A DNA stretch of 32,000 bases, from NCBI RefSeq assembly GCF_002803295.2, contig NZ_PGGB02000002.1, positions 1 to 32,000 of the forward strand. The letters run 5' to 3'. The notes beneath the pieces are model-generated. The model did not search any database. It saw only the letters and a list, made by a program, of their open reading frames with translations, and was not told the DNA's origin. Positions 29,692-32,000 of this stretch are shown here, piece by piece. How positions within the stretch are numbered: position 1 is the stretch's first letter; each line of letters opens with the position of its first letter. A program made the translations under genes and the position numbers. The DNA comes from Caedibacter taeniospiralis. Its GTDB lineage: Bacteria > Pseudomonadota > Gammaproteobacteria > Francisellales > Francisellaceae.

Positions 29692-30282
29692 GTGGGTATT
29701 AATGTATTACCTGAATATGTTCGCAGGCACTACGAAATCTATGAATATAAACATGCTTGTGCGATTCTCAAAGAGGACTTTCCAAATGAGTGGGCAGATA
29801 TAGTTTCGTTGCTGGAAGCCTTTAGGTTAAAGAAGAGCTGGATTATTCAATCTGGAGGGCGTAAATCAAAGGTTGCTGAGTATATTGACAACTATTTGTA
29901 CGCCATGGGGTGGGTTGAAAAACAATTTAGCACCCAAGTAATTGTAGATGATGTGACTTATAATTCTCCGACTCACAAGGTTGACTGCTTCAAAAATAGG
30001 GTTGCATTGGAAATAGAGTGGAATAATAAAGACCCTTTTTATGATCGATATTTAAATAACTTCAGATTGTTGTTTGATCTTAAGGCTGTTAGTGTTGGAA
30101 TTATTATCACTCGTTCGGACGAGTTACAGACAATATTCAATGATCTTGGGCGCGGACAATCTTATGGTGCTTCAACGACACATCTTGGCAAGCTCTTACC
30201 AAGGATTGAGGGAGGTGGGGGTGCTGGTTGTCCGTTGCTTGTGTTTGGTATGAAAAGTAATTTGTTTGAAGAGGATATTTAG
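29692..30282 (+). CDS. BglII-family-like type II restriction endonuclease (GTG start)
   Basis: KVDCFKNRVALEIEWNNKDPFYDRYLNNFRLLFDLKAVSVGIIITR has a PD-(D/E)XK-like D..ExE arrangement and the BglII/BstYI-type family flavour; 196 aa; adjacent methyltransferase. Confidence 0.8.
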   Translation: MGINVLPEYVRRHYEIYEYKHACAILKEDFPNEWADIVSLLEAFRLKKSWIIQSGGRKSKVAEYIDNYLYAMGWVEKQFSTQVIVDDVTYNSPTHKVDCFKNRVALEIEWNNKDPFYDRYLNNFRLLFDLKAVSVGIIITRSDELQTIFNDLGRGQSYGASTTHLGKLLPRIEGGGGAGCPLLVFGMKSNLFEEDI

Positions 30283-30903
30283 GTGGGTGCTAAAGAAGAT
30301 TTTATGAATGAACTAAAGGGGCGAAAGTTTAAAACCATTTTAGCCGATCCTCCCTGGCAGTTTCACAATCGAACAGGTAAGGTGGCGCCAGAGCATAAAA
30401 GATTAACTCGATATCCGACTTTGGTTTTGGATGAAATTAAGAAACTTCCTGTCGTAGAGATCGCAGATGAGACTGCACATTTGTATCTATGGGTACCCAA
30501 TGCGTTGCTGGCTGAGGGACTTGAAGTCATGCAAGCCTGGGGATTTACTTATAAAACCAATTTGGTGTGGTATAAGGTGCGCAAAGATGGGGGTCCTGAT
30601 CGTAGGGGCGTCGGTTTTTATTTTAGGAATGTTACGGAAGTAATATTGTTTGGTACGCGCGGAAAAAATGCACGGACTTTGCCTCCTGGGAGGAGTCAGG
30701 AAAATATTGTGTTATCAAGAAAACGCGAGCATAGTAGGAAACCTGATGAACAATATGATTTGATTGAGTCCTGCAGTGCGGGTCCTTATTTAGAGTTATT
30801 TGCTAGGGGGGCTCGAGAGAATTGGTGTGCCTGGGGAAATCAGGTAGAAAACTACAAACCTGATTGGGATACCTATGCCAATCATTCACAGGCATCAAGG
30901 TAA
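30283..30903 (+). CDS. MT-A70 family adenine-N6 DNA methyltransferase (GTG start, or internal ATG at 30304)
   Basis: FKTILADPPWQFHNR (DPPW motif), HLYLWVPNALLAEGLEVMQAWGFTYKTNLVWYK, FYFRNVTEVILFGTRG, SRKPDEQYDLIESCSAGPYLELFARG. Confidence 0.93.
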   Translation: MGAKEDFMNELKGRKFKTILADPPWQFHNRTGKVAPEHKRLTRYPTLVLDEIKKLPVVEIADETAHLYLWVPNALLAEGLEVMQAWGFTYKTNLVWYKVRKDGGPDRRGVGFYFRNVTEVILFGTRGKNARTLPPGRSQENIVLSRKREHSRKPDEQYDLIESCSAGPYLELFARGARENWCAWGNQVENYKPDWDTYANHSQASR

Positions 30904-30918
30904 CTTTGGGAGAATAAA

Positions 30919-31611
30919 ATGGCAGTAAAGATAGAGAAAAAGATCACTGGGTTTAATATTGTAAAAGCGAATGAGAAGTTGCTGGATGCCGCAACAAAGC
31001 CAGTTAAAAAAGAAAAAACGCATCTACAGATGAGTGAGAGTGTTAAGCGCCCTGAGTCACTTACGGGAGAAACCTATAAAATTAAGCCGCCTCAGGCTGA
31101 GCATGCTTTATATGTGACTATTAATGATATTGTATTAAATGAGGGAACTGAGCATGAGGTGCGTCGACCTTTTGAGATTTTCTTAAGCTCAAAAAATATG
31201 GAGCACTTTCAGTGGACCATTGCTTTAACACTCATTATTTCAGCGGTGTTTCGCAAAGGCGGCGATGTTACTTTCCTGGTTGAAGAGTTAAGATCAGTAT
31301 TTGATCCAAATGGTGGTTATTTAAGGCGTGGTGGTAAATACGTCCCCTCGCTTGTTTCAGAAATAGGGGATGTGATCGAAAAGCATCTTAAAAAGATTGG
31401 CATGTTACCACAGGATGACTTGGATGAAACACAAAAACTCTATATTGCAGCTAAGCGTCAAGAGCTTGATGAGCGTCAACAGCCAAGTAATGATACAAGC
31501 AATAGTTTTCCGCTTGAGTCACAATTATGTGTCAAATGTAGCACCAAAGCCATGGTGAGAATGGATAACTGTTTGACCTGTCTTAATTGCGGTTATTCCA
31601 AGTGCGGTTGA
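30919..31611 (+). CDS. NrdJb-like accessory subunit of split class II ribonucleotide reductase (TSCPD-type domain plus C-terminal zinc-ribbon-like CxxC..CxxC)
   Basis: HALYVTINDIVLNEGTEHEVRRPFEIFLSSKNMEHFQWTIALTLIISAVFRKGGDVTFLVEELRSVFDPNGGYL...LCVKCSTKAMVRMDNCLTCLNCGYSKCG matches the NrdJ C-terminal TSCPD/Zn module by recollection. Confidence 0.82.
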   Translation: MAVKIEKKITGFNIVKANEKLLDAATKPVKKEKTHLQMSESVKRPESLTGETYKIKPPQAEHALYVTINDIVLNEGTEHEVRRPFEIFLSSKNMEHFQWTIALTLIISAVFRKGGDVTFLVEELRSVFDPNGGYLRRGGKYVPSLVSEIGDVIEKHLKKIGMLPQDDLDETQKLYIAAKRQELDERQQPSNDTSNSFPLESQLCVKCSTKAMVRMDNCLTCLNCGYSKCG

Positions 31612-31768
31612 GTTTTTAGCTATTAGGACTCTAGGTTGGAGTGATAACTCCAGTAATAAATTGGCTGTAAAGCGCTAAAAACCATGATATTTTTGATTGA
31701 CGATTAGGCGTTGTTTTGCGATGATGCCCACTTATTTTGCATATCAATACCCGAAAAAAGTTAAATTC

Positions 31769-32000
31769 ATGAAATGCTATGTGTTATGTGCTGCTTTACT
31801 GGCTGCCAGCAGCTTAAGTCCTGCCTACGCTGATAATTCGCAGGATGCCGTTATTGGTCCTGAATCTTCAAAAAATCAAGCAACCGTTACGAACGCCTCA
31901 GCAGCAGGCACGGCAGAAGAGCAAAAAAAAAATCAGAGTTTTTGGCAGTTTTTAGAAGGAACACAGCCTGAAAATGCGGTTTACTTAGGGATGCTAACCT
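31769..32000 (+). CDS. Secreted or outer-membrane hypothetical protein, 5' part only (runs off window)
   Basis: My translation: MKCYVLCAALLAASSLSPAYADNSQDAVIGPESSKNQATVTNASAAGTAEEQKKNQSFWQFLEGTQPENAVYLGMLT...; Sec signal peptide; not in the supplied track. Confidence 0.65.
   Translation, partial: MKCYVLCAALLAASSLSPAYADNSQDAVIGPESSKNQATVTNASAAGTAEEQKKNQSFWQFLEGTQPENAVYLGMLT

Noticed and set aside
1-32000. CRISPR array, rRNA, prophage, or larger defence island
   Set aside because: No regularly spaced direct repeats, no rRNA motifs, no phage structural or integrase genes seen. The R-M-like and TA-like pairs are isolated.

Overview
The window looks like a gammaproteobacterial chromosome segment. 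A Legionellales/Coxiellaceae-like host is only a guess from gene style. It is mostly housekeeping genes: ftsH, htpG, a PII gene, ubiK, comM/yifB, an LpxL-type acyltransferase, hemE, maeA (frameshifted), an MFS sugar porter, a ROK sugar kinase (frameshifted), a PMI-type cupin, hslV, hslU, a tRNA-Gly/Cys/Leu cluster, rsfS, prs, rplY, glyS, mfd and a split class II ribonucleotide reductase (nrdJa/nrdJb). Accessory material sits between them: yefM/yoeB and mazE/mazF modules, a two-gene HicA-like + HTH module on the minus strand, a GTG-started BglII-like endonuclease + MT-A70 methyltransferase pair between nrdJa and nrdJb, and a dispersed palindrome-rich repeat family. One copy of that family has perfect 17-bp terminal inverted repeats. 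The two most interesting items are the restriction-modification-like pair inside the split RNR operon (29.7-30.9 kb) and the HicA-like/HTH pair with a nearby inverted repeat (3.06-3.91 kb). All family calls come from reading the protein sequences. No database search was run.
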